This document shows, in pieces, positions 18,922 through 28,643 of a DNA stretch of 64,000 nt. The position numbers and the translations under genes were made by a program. This stretch comes from an uncultured Verrucomicrobiae bacterium. GTDB taxonomy: Bacteria > Verrucomicrobiota > Verrucomicrobiia > Chthoniobacterales > UBA10450. Within the stretch, counting starts at the first letter, position 1, and each line of letters opens with the position of its first letter. The stretch spans positions 128,001 through 192,000 of the forward strand of contig CAVTMK010000004.1 of assembly GCA_963735805.1 (NCBI GenBank), read 5' to 3'. The notes under the pieces are model-generated. The model worked only from the letters and a program-made list of their open reading frames with translations. It made no database searches and was not told where the DNA came from.

Positions 18922-18994
18922 AGCCGGCAGTCGGATTCGAACCGACGACCTGCTGATTACAAATCAGCTGCTCTACCAGCTGAGCTATGCCGGC
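18922..18994 (-). tRNA. tRNA-Thr(TGT)
   Basis: Reverse complement GCCGGCATAGCTCAGCTGGTAGAGCAGCTGATTTGTAATCAGCAGGTCGTCGGTTCGAATCCGACTGCCGGCT; cloverleaf, TTC loop, anticodon TGT. Confidence 0.97.
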
Positions 18995-19046
18995 AAAAAT
19001 GCGGCCCATACTAACGCACACCTCGGCTTTGAACAAGTTGTGGCCG

Positions 19047-19742
19047 CTAGAAGCGTGAACGCGTCGTGACGGAGAGTGGCTCAGCCGTTTCCAGGTTCTT
19101 GATCACCGTGCTGAGATAAACGGATTCCGGATAAAACGCCTTGTATTTTGTGATCTCCGCCCGGTTGAGCACTTTGAATCCGTAGCGCTCGAACATTTTT
19201 TCTCCGCGCCGGCTTTCGAACGTGATGATCTGCCCATAAACGCGTTTTTCACCGGAGCGGTAAAGATAACTCAGGTACGCACTCATCAGGGCGCGCGTTG
19301 TAGAAACCTTGCGGGCATCTGGCAGCAGGTTGATATGAAAATGCGGCATGCGTCGCGGCGCCGCTGGCACCTCGCGCCAACCGTGCACCAGGATCCATCG
19401 AACAAAACGACGCGAACGCTCGTTGTAGCGGAAATAACGCGTTAGCGCGCGAAAAAAGAGCCAGACGTTTTGGTATAGCGCATATACCTGGTTTTGCAGA
19501 GGCTTCCGTGAGCCCAGAAGATAACCACGGATTTCTCCATCAACCTCCAGGAGAAAACACGATCCAGGTTCGTGATCGGTGTAATAGGTGGTGAGAAAAT
19601 CAGCGAACAATTCCCGATCCTCATAAACGGGATCGATCGGGTCGCCGAGAAATCCGGTATCGCAGCAGAGCTTTCTTACCGCTTCGCGGTCCGATCTGCG
19701 ATAGCCACGAATAAGGAACGGCTTGTGTTCGTCGTTCGCCAT
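19047..19742 (-). CDS. GNAT family acetyltransferase
   Basis: IRGYRRSDREAVRKLC, GYLLG, HFHINLLP, FERYGF. Confidence 0.7.
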   Translation of the reverse strand: MANDEHKPFLIRGYRRSDREAVRKLCCDTGFLGDPIDPVYEDRELFADFLTTYYTDHEPGSCFLLEVDGEIRGYLLGSRKPLQNQVYALYQNVWLFFRALTRYFRYNERSRRFVRWILVHGWREVPAAPRRMPHFHINLLPDARKVSTTRALMSAYLSYLYRSGEKRVYGQIITFESRRGEKMFERYGFKVLNRAEITKYKAFYPESVYLSTVIKNLETAEPLSVTTRSRF

Positions 19743-20918
19743 CTAAAGTCGGCGGTAGTTTGCGCGAACCTCGCGATAAATGCAAAATAGTTCCTCAAAT
19801 ACGCGCGGCCAGCTATAAAGTCTTTCCGTTGCACCTGCAGCAGTCCTCCCCAAAACCGACAATTTTTTAGCGCTAAAATCTTCAATGGCATCAGCCAGCG
19901 CATCCGGATTGTTCTTCTGCGCCCACGATTTCTGGTCATGGCAAATAATCCGGTCCATGTAACTTCCGCGAATTCCAACGACCGGCGTGCCACAAGCCTG
20001 GCTTTCCAGCGCAACAAGTCCAAACGTTTCCTGAACCCCGGGATGAACGAAAAGATCGGCAGCGCGATAGTAACGAGCCAGATCAACCGAGTCTGCGCAG
20101 TACGAAATCCAAGAAACGTTTCCGATGCGACGTTGCAGCTTCTGAATCTTGTTTCGCTGGGGTCCGTCGCCGATGACCACAAGATAAAATCTATTCTGCT
20201 CTCGCTGGCCCAGAAGCTCGAAAGCTTGAAACAATGTTTGCGTGTTTTTTTCCGTGGCCAATCTGCCGGCGTAGAGAAGCAACGTCTGCCCGCGGCCGAC
20301 GCCCAACGAGTCACGAGTCGCCGCTCTGTCATCCGGCGTCGGCTTGAAAATGCTGGTGTTCACTCCGAGCCGCACGGGCCGCACATTGCGCACGCCCCAC
20401 TCGGAAAGCAGATCACTCAGTGTTTCGGACGGCACCAGCGTAGCTTGAAAGCGATTGTAAAGTTTACGCACATAAGCACGCGTCAATTTCATGGCGCGTT
20501 GCGTGCCACGTTTACCTAAAAATTTCGTGCCGCCGCGGAGATATGCTTCCGGGAAATGGGAGTGATAAAAGCCAACGACCGGAACTCTCAGTGCACGCCC
20601 GGCGGCAATCGCTTTCCATCCGATCTGATACGGATCACTCGATTCAATCAGGTCAGGACGCTCACGTTCCAGGATTTCTTCAATGGCCCGGAGATTTAGT
20701 AGAGCGCGATAGCGTGAGCTTCTCGATACGAGTGGTGAGCGAATCGAATAAACGCGTGATCGCGCATTTGTCGTCACCTCATTTTTCGCCCCGGGGACAA
20801 TTAGCACGTGCGCGTCCTCAGACGAATCGCGGCTGATGTACGCGATTTTTTCGTGAACGTACCGTTTTACGCCTCCGCTTAGCGGAGAGTAAAACTGGGT
20901 CAGGTCGCAGATCTTCAA
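19743..20918 (-). CDS. Glycosyltransferase family 4
   Basis: SGGVKRY, YAGRLATEKN, ETFGLVALESQACGTPVV. TTG start at 20918 preferred because the upstream extension is a REP element. Confidence 0.85.
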   Translation of the reverse strand: MKICDLTQFYSPLSGGVKRYVHEKIAYISRDSSEDAHVLIVPGAKNEVTTNARSRVYSIRSPLVSRSSRYRALLNLRAIEEILERERPDLIESSDPYQIGWKAIAAGRALRVPVVGFYHSHFPEAYLRGGTKFLGKRGTQRAMKLTRAYVRKLYNRFQATLVPSETLSDLLSEWGVRNVRPVRLGVNTSIFKPTPDDRAATRDSLGVGRGQTLLLYAGRLATEKNTQTLFQAFELLGQREQNRFYLVVIGDGPQRNKIQKLQRRIGNVSWISYCADSVDLARYYRAADLFVHPGVQETFGLVALESQACGTPVVGIRGSYMDRIICHDQKSWAQKNNPDALADAIEDFSAKKLSVLGRTAAGATERLYSWPRVFEELFCIYREVRANYRRL

Positions 20919-20926
20919 GCTCGCAC

Positions 20927-21007
20927 TGTAGCCATCGTCTTGTGGACGACGCAATGCGCCAAAACGGAAAAGACCAGCGCGGCGCTTCACGTAGCCAGAC
21001 GGCTACC
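20927..21007. repeat. GTAG-type REP doublet (REPIN-like)
   Basis: TGTAGCCA-TCGTC-TTGTG-GACGA arm and an inverted arm ending GGCTAC. Confidence 0.6.
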
Positions 21008-21947
21008 GAACCGACGATCGAGGAACGGATTCCAGTTCGCTCAGATATTTCTCTGCGTCCATGGCTGCTGCGCAGCCTGAGCCGGCTGCGGTTACCGCCT
21101 GCTTATAAATGCGGTCGGCTACGTCACCCGCTACAAACACCCCGGGGTGCCTGCTCTCGACCAAATTCTTCGTTATCAAATAGCCGTCCGAATCCATATC
21201 GAGTTTGCCTCGGTAAGCCCCGCTGTTGGGATCGTGACCAATTGCCACAAACACGCACGCCACGGCTAATTCCCGCTCTTCATTCGTCTTGACATTCCGC
21301 AGGCGCACCGCACGAATTTCGCCTTTTTCGTCCGGGATATATTCAGTAACGACCGCGTCCCAGATCGGTTCGATCTTCTTATTCGCAAATACGCGGTTCT
21401 GCATGATTTTGGAGGCCCGCATCTTGTCGCGTCGATGAATCAAATAGACCTTTGAAGCGAAACGCGTCAGGAACAATGATTCCTCCGCCGCAGAATCGCC
21501 GCCACCCACGACGCAAACAGGAACGCCCTTGTAAAACGCGCCATCACAGGTAGCGCACGAAGTCAGCCCGTGGCCGATCAGTTTCTTTTCATTTTCGAGT
21601 CCGAGATATCGCGCCGAAGCTCCAGTTGCGATGATAAGCGCTTCCGTCTCCAACCATTCATCATCGGCCTTGATCCGAATATGCCGGTTGCTGGCATCGA
21701 AATCGCTCGCCTCCGCATATGAAAATCTGGCGCCAAATTTCTCGGCCTGTTTGTGCATGTTGAGTACGAGCTGCGGTCCATCGATCCCGTCCGGAAAACC
21801 GGGATAATTTTCAACGAGCGTAGTGGTCGAGAGTTGTCCGCCGGGATGCCGGCCTTCCAGAACCAAAGGGCTAAGGTTCGCGCGAGCCGCGTAAATTGCC
21901 GCTGTCAAGCCGGCGCAACCGCTTCCAACAATGATCAGTCTTTCCAT
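21003..21947 (-). CDS. trxB: Thioredoxin reductase
   Basis: GSGCAG, CATCDG, GGGDSA, HRRD, AGDV..QAVTAAGSG. Confidence 0.96.
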   Translation of the reverse strand: MERLIIVGSGCAGLTAAIYAARANLSPLVLEGRHPGGQLSTTTLVENYPGFPDGIDGPQLVLNMHKQAEKFGARFSYAEASDFDASNRHIRIKADDEWLETEALIIATGASARYLGLENEKKLIGHGLTSCATCDGAFYKGVPVCVVGGGDSAAEESLFLTRFASKVYLIHRRDKMRASKIMQNRVFANKKIEPIWDAVVTEYIPDEKGEIRAVRLRNVKTNEERELAVACVFVAIGHDPNSGAYRGKLDMDSDGYLITKNLVESRHPGVFVAGDVADRIYKQAVTAAGSGCAAAMDAEKYLSELESVPRSSVR

Positions 21948-22065
21948 CGATAAAACTTAGCACACAGCGCAAGTTGTTCCGAGTTGAACGCGTCGCCATC
22001 AACGCCTGGAAAACCCTGACAGCGGAAGTCATCTACGACGCCAGACCCGTGCCCGACACGGCCAG

Positions 22066-23619
22066 CTACGCCGTCACCTGCACGCCGATCTGATGCAAAC
22101 CCGCTGCGCCGGAAAATGGACCCCTATCTTCGTCCCATTCCTGCACATCGCCTTTACCGTCGGTGGCCCGGATGACCAGCGTGTAATCTCCTGCCGCATC
22201 TGGCATCCATTGGGTTTTCCAGAGCGACCATGCCAGATTGCCACCGGAATAATAGATCTCAGCATCGCGCCACGATTTTCCGCCATCGCTACTAAATTCC
22301 ACGCGAGAGACGCCGCGGTCGCCACCGTACGCGATCCCCTTCACTTCAATCGGCCCATTCAACTTACCTAACACAAACGACGACCACGAATCCGGCACGT
22401 CAATTCTGGATCTTGTCGGCGTGATAAAATCGGGGCCCCAGCCTTGCGCTTCGTAAAATCCTTTTGCACTCGCGTCGGTTACTTCGATTCGAGTGAGCCA
22501 TTTCACATGTTTTTCGCCAAAGTAACCCGGAACGATGAGGCGCAACGGGTAACCATGACGATCAGGCAATTGTGTGCCGTTCATTTCATAAGCAAGTAGC
22601 GTTGTCGGTTCGAGGGCTTTCTCGAGTGGAACCGTATCGGTGTAATTGTCGACACCATGAAACCGAACGCGTGCGGCGCCGGACAACGGAACCGCGCGAT
22701 CCAGAACGTCCCGCAACGGAAAACCTTTCCAGACAGCGTTACTGATCAGTCCCGCGTCCAAACCATTGCTAATACACATCAGCGTTGTTTCCTGCTCCTT
22801 CATTTCGAAGCCCATTAGATCGTCGAATCGCCAAGTGGCAGCGTTTTTGACAAGCCCGCCTACTTCGAGGTGCCAAAGATTGGCATCGACGCGGGGATCG
22901 ACCACATTCTTGGTCACACAATAAAACAATTCGTTAGGCGTAATCGGCTGAACGATGCGCCCTTTATACTGAGTGCCGTCGTAGCTAAACGTTGCAACGC
23001 GATAAAGTTTGCGACCCAACGCGATCCCGCCACCTGTAACCACAGCTCCAATCGCACCCAGCACAAAAGCGCGCCGACCAATCGCGGGACTAAATTCGTA
23101 CTTCTGCTGAGCCCCGATCCTTCCTTGCGCAAGAAATCGGAAACCAGTCACTAGTGTTCGTTCGAAGAGAAAAACGCAAAGCGCGAAACAGACAAGCGTA
23201 ACCAGACGTGCAGCGCCGATGGGCAGGCCAATGTAACTCGTGCCCAAAACCGGCCACAGCACGACTGCAAAAGCAACGACAGGCAATAAAACGAAGATCG
23301 AGATGGTCCAAAACGCTGAAGCTCGCGCGGGATTGTGCCGCGAGAACCATCCAAAGATCGCTCCGGCAATTGCGCCAACGGCGAGTTGACCGGCAATCGT
23401 CGACCCCACACCCAGTTGTTTGAGATGATTGTATCCGCCGAGCTTCCCCATAAGGGAGAGAAACGGGCCGGGTGGAATGAAAACCGAAAGCCGATCGCCA
23501 ATGATCACGAGCGGTGTGGCTACGCCCATCACAGCGAGCAATAACATCGCTGCTGTCATCACGGCTCCCGCCAGCAACCCAGCAAGTAGCCCAGCTAAAA
23601 TTGCCTTCGTTTTACTCAC
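22066..23619 (-). CDS. Membrane-anchored molybdopterin-dependent oxidoreductase (sulfite oxidase family)
   Basis: TLMCISN, LAYEMNG..LP..HGYPLRLIVPGYFG.K.VKWL; N-terminal TM helices; internal GRRAF. Confidence 0.88.
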   Translation of the reverse strand: MSKTKAILAGLLAGLLAGAVMTAAMLLLAVMGVATPLVIIGDRLSVFIPPGPFLSLMGKLGGYNHLKQLGVGSTIAGQLAVGAIAGAIFGWFSRHNPARASAFWTISIFVLLPVVAFAVVLWPVLGTSYIGLPIGAARLVTLVCFALCVFLFERTLVTGFRFLAQGRIGAQQKYEFSPAIGRRAFVLGAIGAVVTGGGIALGRKLYRVATFSYDGTQYKGRIVQPITPNELFYCVTKNVVDPRVDANLWHLEVGGLVKNAATWRFDDLMGFEMKEQETTLMCISNGLDAGLISNAVWKGFPLRDVLDRAVPLSGAARVRFHGVDNYTDTVPLEKALEPTTLLAYEMNGTQLPDRHGYPLRLIVPGYFGEKHVKWLTRIEVTDASAKGFYEAQGWGPDFITPTRSRIDVPDSWSSFVLGKLNGPIEVKGIAYGGDRGVSRVEFSSDGGKSWRDAEIYYSGGNLAWSLWKTQWMPDAAGDYTLVIRATDGKGDVQEWDEDRGPFSGAAGLHQIGVQVTA

Positions 23620-23701
23620 GGCATTTACAGAGCTTACAAACTCGGCGCGGTAACGGAATCAAATTACGACTCTTAACAGAAAACAATGCCAGGAAGGAAT
23701 T

Positions 23702-24925
23702 TCAACAGTTGGCCGACGAAACACAATCAGCGGGCTCAGCCACGGTTTTCGCAGTCGAAAGAATTTTTAGTGCCCGCTCGACCACCATTGCGGATGTAAC
23801 CTGCTTCATGCAGGCGTGACCGAAAGGGCATTGAATCAGGCGACGATAATTGCACGGCGAACACGGCAGGTCCACGCGCACCACGGATTCGGGTCGCTGG
23901 TATGGGCCGATGTGGACCGGATTCGTTGGGCCGAAGATACTGACCATCGGTTTACCAAGCGACGCAGCAACATGCATCGACCCAGAGTCGTTGGTCACGG
24001 CCACCTCGGAACGTCGAATCAGTGCCGCTAAATCTGCCGGCGTAGTTTTGCCGGAAAGATCGCACGTCCCAGGTGCCGCGGCGGCGATTTGTCGGCATCG
24101 GTGCTGGTCGCGGGTTGTCCCCGCAAGGGCCACGGCAAATCCCCTCTGAAGAAATTGCCGCGCAACACCCGCGAATCCTTCGATCGTCCAATGCTTGGTC
24201 TCCCAGATTGTCCCCGGCACGAGCACAACCAGTGGCTTGGATGCGGGCACTCCGTGCTCCTCAAGCAATCGTTCTGCGTTACCCAGAGTATCGGTTGAAA
24301 GATGAATAGTGAGATCGGCTGGAGCGCCATCGAGCCCAAGCAATGGCGCAATCCAGAGATAACGGTCGATTGCGTGAACATCGAGCGTCGGGATGGGAAT
24401 CCGGTGCGTGTAAGCGATCCAGGAACCCTCGCGCGCTCCACGCCACCCATGGCTTGGTACGTTCCTTAGGTCGTGCTCAGCGGAAACTGTAAGTGTACGT
24501 TTGACGGGGCGATCGAATCCGATGCGTACGCGCGCTCCACTGATGAGGGTGAAGAAAGCTGAACGCACCTGTCCATGCATGTCGATGATCAGGTCGTATT
24601 TAGTCCTGCGAATTTGTTTGAGCAGACCCAAAAACGCACGCGCGGCACGCCATCGGTGGCCGTGTCTTGAGAAATCGCGACGCGAAAAAAGGACTATATT
24701 GGAGAGGGCCGGGTGGGAACGTACGATTTCCGCGTTCTCGGGCGTAATTAGCCAGTCGATCCGCGCCTGCGGATAACGTCTGCGCAACTTCACAAGCACC
24801 GGGATCGTATGCACGACGTCACCCAGTGCCGAAGGTTTGATTAGCAAAATGCGCGAGAATTCGGCGGATTGCAGCTCGGATGTATCCACGTTTTGTATCC
24901 GCGCGTTATCGATCTGGCCGTTCAA
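23702..24925 (-). CDS. GT9 LPS heptosyltransferase (WaaC/WaaF-like)
   Basis: IKPSALGDVVH, PGTIWETKHW, TNDSGSMHVAA, FGPT. Confidence 0.88.
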   Translation of the reverse strand: MNGQIDNARIQNVDTSELQSAEFSRILLIKPSALGDVVHTIPVLVKLRRRYPQARIDWLITPENAEIVRSHPALSNIVLFSRRDFSRHGHRWRAARAFLGLLKQIRRTKYDLIIDMHGQVRSAFFTLISGARVRIGFDRPVKRTLTVSAEHDLRNVPSHGWRGAREGSWIAYTHRIPIPTLDVHAIDRYLWIAPLLGLDGAPADLTIHLSTDTLGNAERLLEEHGVPASKPLVVLVPGTIWETKHWTIEGFAGVARQFLQRGFAVALAGTTRDQHRCRQIAAAAPGTCDLSGKTTPADLAALIRRSEVAVTNDSGSMHVAASLGKPMVSIFGPTNPVHIGPYQRPESVVRVDLPCSPCNYRRLIQCPFGHACMKQVTSAMVVERALKILSTAKTVAEPADCVSSANC

Positions 24926-24953
24926 GTGCTATGTCGCAGAAAAAGGCTTTAAC

Positions 24954-24995
24954 TTTCAAAGCTCAATGCTCAACCCTCAATGGCCAACGTCAAAT
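24954..24995. repeat. Degenerate heptanucleotide tandem repeat (six units, consensus ~GCTCAAY)
   Basis: TTTCAAA GCTCAAT GCTCAAC CCTCAAT GGCCAAC GTCAAAT. Confidence 0.55.
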
Positions 24996-25045
24996 TCAGA
25001 AGCCCAAGCGTTCGGTTATCGTGGCCGATACCGGCCCCTCAGCAA

Positions 25046-25693
25046 CTACGCTGCCTGCTTTTGGCCCGAGAGCGCGCCGCGGAGTTTCTTCACCCACGCG
25101 GAAAAGCGATGCCGGTTCTGCTCGCGCTTTACTACTGCCTCGCTTGTAACCCAATTAAACTGAATGACCCGGCGCGGACCGGAGAACGGCTTGTGCCCAT
25201 GCCATGAATTAGTGCTACGACGAAACGCCAGGAGCGTCCCTTCGGTTGGTGGCACTTCGAGAAGCGCATCTTCCAAATTCGTCCCGGATCGCAACAACCG
25301 AAGCCGGCCACCGGAAGATTCCCAAGCCGAATTCATGTAAACGAGGATCGTGATGATCTTTGTCTCCGAATCAGTGTGAATCTTGCCGTCTTTTTCGCTG
25401 CAACGCCCGCGCACGGTGATCATGTCGGGGCGACCAGTTAGATCAATGTCGAATTTTTCCTCAAACGCCTTGCGAAATTCTTCGCTCCGCATGTCTTCAA
25501 TTAGCTTGGCAAACGCTGGGCCGTAAGTCACCTCGCGAAGCGGGAAGCTACCCGCCCGGCCAACCTCGGGGTAATCCTTGTCGATTCCCGCACGCGCCTC
25601 AGTCTTCACAAACTCTGGAACAATCAAAAACTCGAACGGCTCCCGGGTAAGCGGCGTGGTGCGAAATCTCTCCAAATCGAGCGTCGAAAGCAT
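25046..25693 (-). CDS. 2OG-Fe(II) oxygenase
   Basis: HTD...WH triad, downstream Arg (RRVIQFNW). Confidence 0.85.
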   Translation of the reverse strand: MLSTLDLERFRTTPLTREPFEFLIVPEFVKTEARAGIDKDYPEVGRAGSFPLREVTYGPAFAKLIEDMRSEEFRKAFEEKFDIDLTGRPDMITVRGRCSEKDGKIHTDSETKIITILVYMNSAWESSGGRLRLLRSGTNLEDALLEVPPTEGTLLAFRRSTNSWHGHKPFSGPRRVIQFNWVTSEAVVKREQNRHRFSAWVKKLRGALSGQKQAA

Positions 25694-25739
25694 TCAGCGA
25701 CGCTACACGAAAACTCCGGAATCTTCTAGCCGGAATCGA

Positions 25740-26426
25740 CTATCCGAGGGCGACGCGTACCAGTGTCATAACAATGCGCGCACCGGCGGCAAATGTGCCT
25801 CGCAACGTGCCTGATACTTTCGACTCGCCGCCGGCACGCCGGCGATGGTTTACGGGGATTTCCAGAATGCGCAACCCGGCACGCGCTGCTTTCATCTGCA
25901 TCTCGAGATTCCAGCCATAAGTCTGCTCGCGCATGTCGAGGCGTTGGAGTGCATCACGGCGAATGGCCCGAAACGGAGACATGTCCGTATAACGAACTCC
26001 GTAGAGGAGTCGCAAAATCAATCCGGCAAATCGCCCGGCAAAGATTTGCTGCAGATTCATGCTGCCGGGTTCGCGTTGTCCGCGTGTTCGCGAGCCGATC
26101 ACGAAATCGTGCGTCCCGCGCGCGACGGGATCAACAAGCCGATTCATGAAAGCGGGCACGTCGCTGCCGTCGCCATCAAGAAAAACCACGATGCTGCATT
26201 CTGGAGAAAGCGCGCGAACGCCAGCGGCGCAAGCACGCCCATAACCACGAGGCGCGGTGACTACACGCGCACCTGCTTCATGTGCACACCGGGCAGTTCG
26301 ATCTGTGCTCCCATTATCAACCACAATCACCTCGTTAGGCAGACCAGTCGCTAGGCATTCGAGCACGACTCCGGCGATCGGTTCCTCCTCATCAAGCGCG
26401 GGGATAATCACCGAGACGCTACTCAT
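25740..26426 (-). CDS. Glycosyltransferase family 2 (DPM-synthase-like)
   Basis: VIIPALDEE, VVDNGSTD, GYGRAC, FLDGDGSD, GESKVSG; ATGA overlap with the upstream gene. Confidence 0.88.
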   Translation of the reverse strand: MSSVSVIIPALDEEEPIAGVVLECLATGLPNEVIVVDNGSTDRTARCAHEAGARVVTAPRGYGRACAAGVRALSPECSIVVFLDGDGSDVPAFMNRLVDPVARGTHDFVIGSRTRGQREPGSMNLQQIFAGRFAGLILRLLYGVRYTDMSPFRAIRRDALQRLDMREQTYGWNLEMQMKAARAGLRILEIPVNHRRRAGGESKVSGTLRGTFAAGARIVMTLVRVALG

Positions 26427-27445
26427 CGCAAAACCAGCCACGCGCTTGTGAAATAAATCACGAGGGCAACGAAGTCCGCCAGCGCGAGCGCAACGGGACC
26501 GGCGGAAATTTTTGGGTCCAGCCTGAATCGATGAAGAAGTGACGGCACCCCCAGGCCAAACGCACACGCCGTGACGAGCGAAAGCGCGATGCTACCGCCG
26601 ATCACCAGCGCGCCACGAAGATCGCTGCGCCAGATCCAGGCAATGACGCTAACAACCAGACCGCATGCCACACCCAGCAGAAGCGCGGTCGTCAGTTCAC
26701 GACGGAATGCTGTTCCAAGCCAGCGCCACGTCACCTTAACTGAGCGCAACGCGTGAATCGTTACGCTCATGGATTGCATGCTGACGCTTTCGTTCAACCC
26801 AAGCACCATCGTTAGAAAAAATGCCAGCACCAGACTACGCGCGAGCGTCGCTTCAAAAAGACCGGCTAAAATTGCCGATAGCGTTCCTCCGGTCACTGTG
26901 ACCAGCAACCAGGGGAAACGAAACCTGAAAACGCGCAATGGCGACACTCCACGGATTTGTTCGATGTGAAACCCAAGCGCCTCAAAGAATTCCGGATTCA
27001 GCTGCGCAACCGGACTCCCAATTGGTCGGGAGTCGCTGTCGCCAGCCTCTAACATTTCTTCGGCGAAGAGGTTCGCGTCGATGATGCCCACGACGCGCCG
27101 TTGCTCGTCTACTATGGGAAATGCCAGAAATTTGTAGAGCACGAAGAATTCGCAGGCGTCAAGAATCGTTGCGCTCGCGGGGACAGCCACGACGCGTGGC
27201 ACCATGACCTGGCGCAACGGTGTTTCCAGCGATGCTGTCAACAAACGACGAACAGGAACGACACCAACCAGCCGTTCCTGTTCGTCAATCGCATAGAAAT
27301 AAATGACCCGTTCGCCCACGCCCTCGCGCCGGATGCGCTCCAGCGCTTCACCCACTATCATGCTGGCGCGGAGCAGTGGAAAATCTTTGCGCGCATGATC
27401 GACGACCGGTGCATTAAAATCTGGAATCGTGGTCGCTATGTTCAT
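26423..27445 (-). CDS. MgtE-like transporter (CBS pair + TM domain, no N domain)
   Basis: IYYFY-like CBS pair (VIYFYAID..RLVGVV), RFPWL, LDPKISAGP...AD; ATGA overlap with the epimerase. Confidence 0.8.
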   Translation of the reverse strand: MNIATTIPDFNAPVVDHARKDFPLLRASMIVGEALERIRREGVGERVIYFYAIDEQERLVGVVPVRRLLTASLETPLRQVMVPRVVAVPASATILDACEFFVLYKFLAFPIVDEQRRVVGIIDANLFAEEMLEAGDSDSRPIGSPVAQLNPEFFEALGFHIEQIRGVSPLRVFRFRFPWLLVTVTGGTLSAILAGLFEATLARSLVLAFFLTMVLGLNESVSMQSMSVTIHALRSVKVTWRWLGTAFRRELTTALLLGVACGLVVSVIAWIWRSDLRGALVIGGSIALSLVTACAFGLGVPSLLHRFRLDPKISAGPVALALADFVALVIYFTSAWLVLR

Positions 27446-28563
27446 CTCGCTACTCGATGAACAATGCCTTTGTTCTTCAAAATTTCGCTGGCTTCGCTGA
27501 AGTAATCTCGAATGTCCGATTGTGCGCGGATCCAATCTATGTAGCGACTGATCCCTTCGCCGAGATCAACAGCCGGTTTGTAGCCGGCCGATCGAGCAAG
27601 CGCGGTATCACTAGTAAGGTGACGCATTTCGCCGGGCCGAAATTCGCCATTGGTCTCAGGCGTGATGCCGATCCCCAAAACATCGGAAAGTTGTTCGGCG
27701 ACTTCACGAATCGGCGTGCCCCGCCCACTGCCAATGTTCACCGGCAGTCCGTCGAGCTTGTCTGTTTCTGCAGCAAGCAAGTTCGCGCCGGCGATGTCGT
27801 CCACGAATGAAAAGTCGCGCGTCTGTTCCCCGTCCTCATACAGCACAGGCGGCAAATTGTTCAGCAAACGCGTGCAAAAAATCGCGATGACGCCTGTGTA
27901 AGGATTAAAGATCGATTGGCGCGGTCCATATGTGCAGGAGTAACGCAGGGCTACTGTGGGAATACCAAGCTGCTTCCCCCACAGGAGGACCAGTCGCTCT
28001 TGATCAACTTTCGTCAGGCCGTAAACGGTTTCGCCACCGACTGGCGCACTCTCTGGAGTCGGAACACTCCTTGTGACGGCGTTGCAAAATGGACAATGCA
28101 CCTGCCAATCGCCTTTGCGCAATTGCTCCACCGGACGGACCGTTGGAAAAACCAATCCATGCTTCAGGCAGTCGGCGGCACCTTCGCTGTAGACAGCTTG
28201 GGAGCTCGCAACAACGACTTTCTTAACCGGCAGGTTTTTCTCGCGGATTACTTCGAGCATCTGGGCCGTTCCGAGCGAGTTCACATGCACAAATTTTGCG
28301 ATCTCCGGCATGTAACCGCCGTAGGCAGCTTGGTGAAAAACGACGTCGATCTTGTCGAGCGCGGCGGCAATCGTAGCGCGATCGCGCAGATCGCCCTCAA
28401 CGAATTCTGCCTTCTTGTTGATCCAAGCGGGCCTTCCGCGACGATGCGTTTGTGGTTCAAGACTATCAAGCGCCCGAACCTGCCAGCCTTCTTTCACAAG
28501 AAGATCGACTATATGTGAGCCGATTAAGCCTGCGCCGCCGGTAACTAATGTACGTTTTGCCAT
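27442..28563 (-). CDS. NAD-dependent epimerase/dehydratase (extended SDR)
   Basis: TGGAGLIG, ASSQAVY, YGLTK, EDGEQTRDF; CxxH..CxxC insertion. Confidence 0.9.
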   Translation of the reverse strand: MAKRTLVTGGAGLIGSHIVDLLVKEGWQVRALDSLEPQTHRRGRPAWINKKAEFVEGDLRDRATIAAALDKIDVVFHQAAYGGYMPEIAKFVHVNSLGTAQMLEVIREKNLPVKKVVVASSQAVYSEGAADCLKHGLVFPTVRPVEQLRKGDWQVHCPFCNAVTRSVPTPESAPVGGETVYGLTKVDQERLVLLWGKQLGIPTVALRYSCTYGPRQSIFNPYTGVIAIFCTRLLNNLPPVLYEDGEQTRDFSFVDDIAGANLLAAETDKLDGLPVNIGSGRGTPIREVAEQLSDVLGIGITPETNGEFRPGEMRHLTSDTALARSAGYKPAVDLGEGISRYIDWIRAQSDIRDYFSEASEILKNKGIVHRVAR

Positions 28564-28592
28564 CCAAACGTGAGGCTAGTCATGTAGCCGTC

Positions 28593-28616
28593 GTAGGGCA
28601 ACCGCTCCGATTGCTC
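28593..28616 (+). repeat. Single GTAG-type REP-like hairpin
   Basis: GTAG-GGCAA-CCGCTCCGA-TTGCT. Confidence 0.4.
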
Positions 28617-28643
28617 GTAGCCTGCGTATTTGGTGCTCGATTG

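Noticed and set aside
20919..20990. N-terminal extension of the GT4 ORF
   Set aside because: It is the translation of a REP doublet
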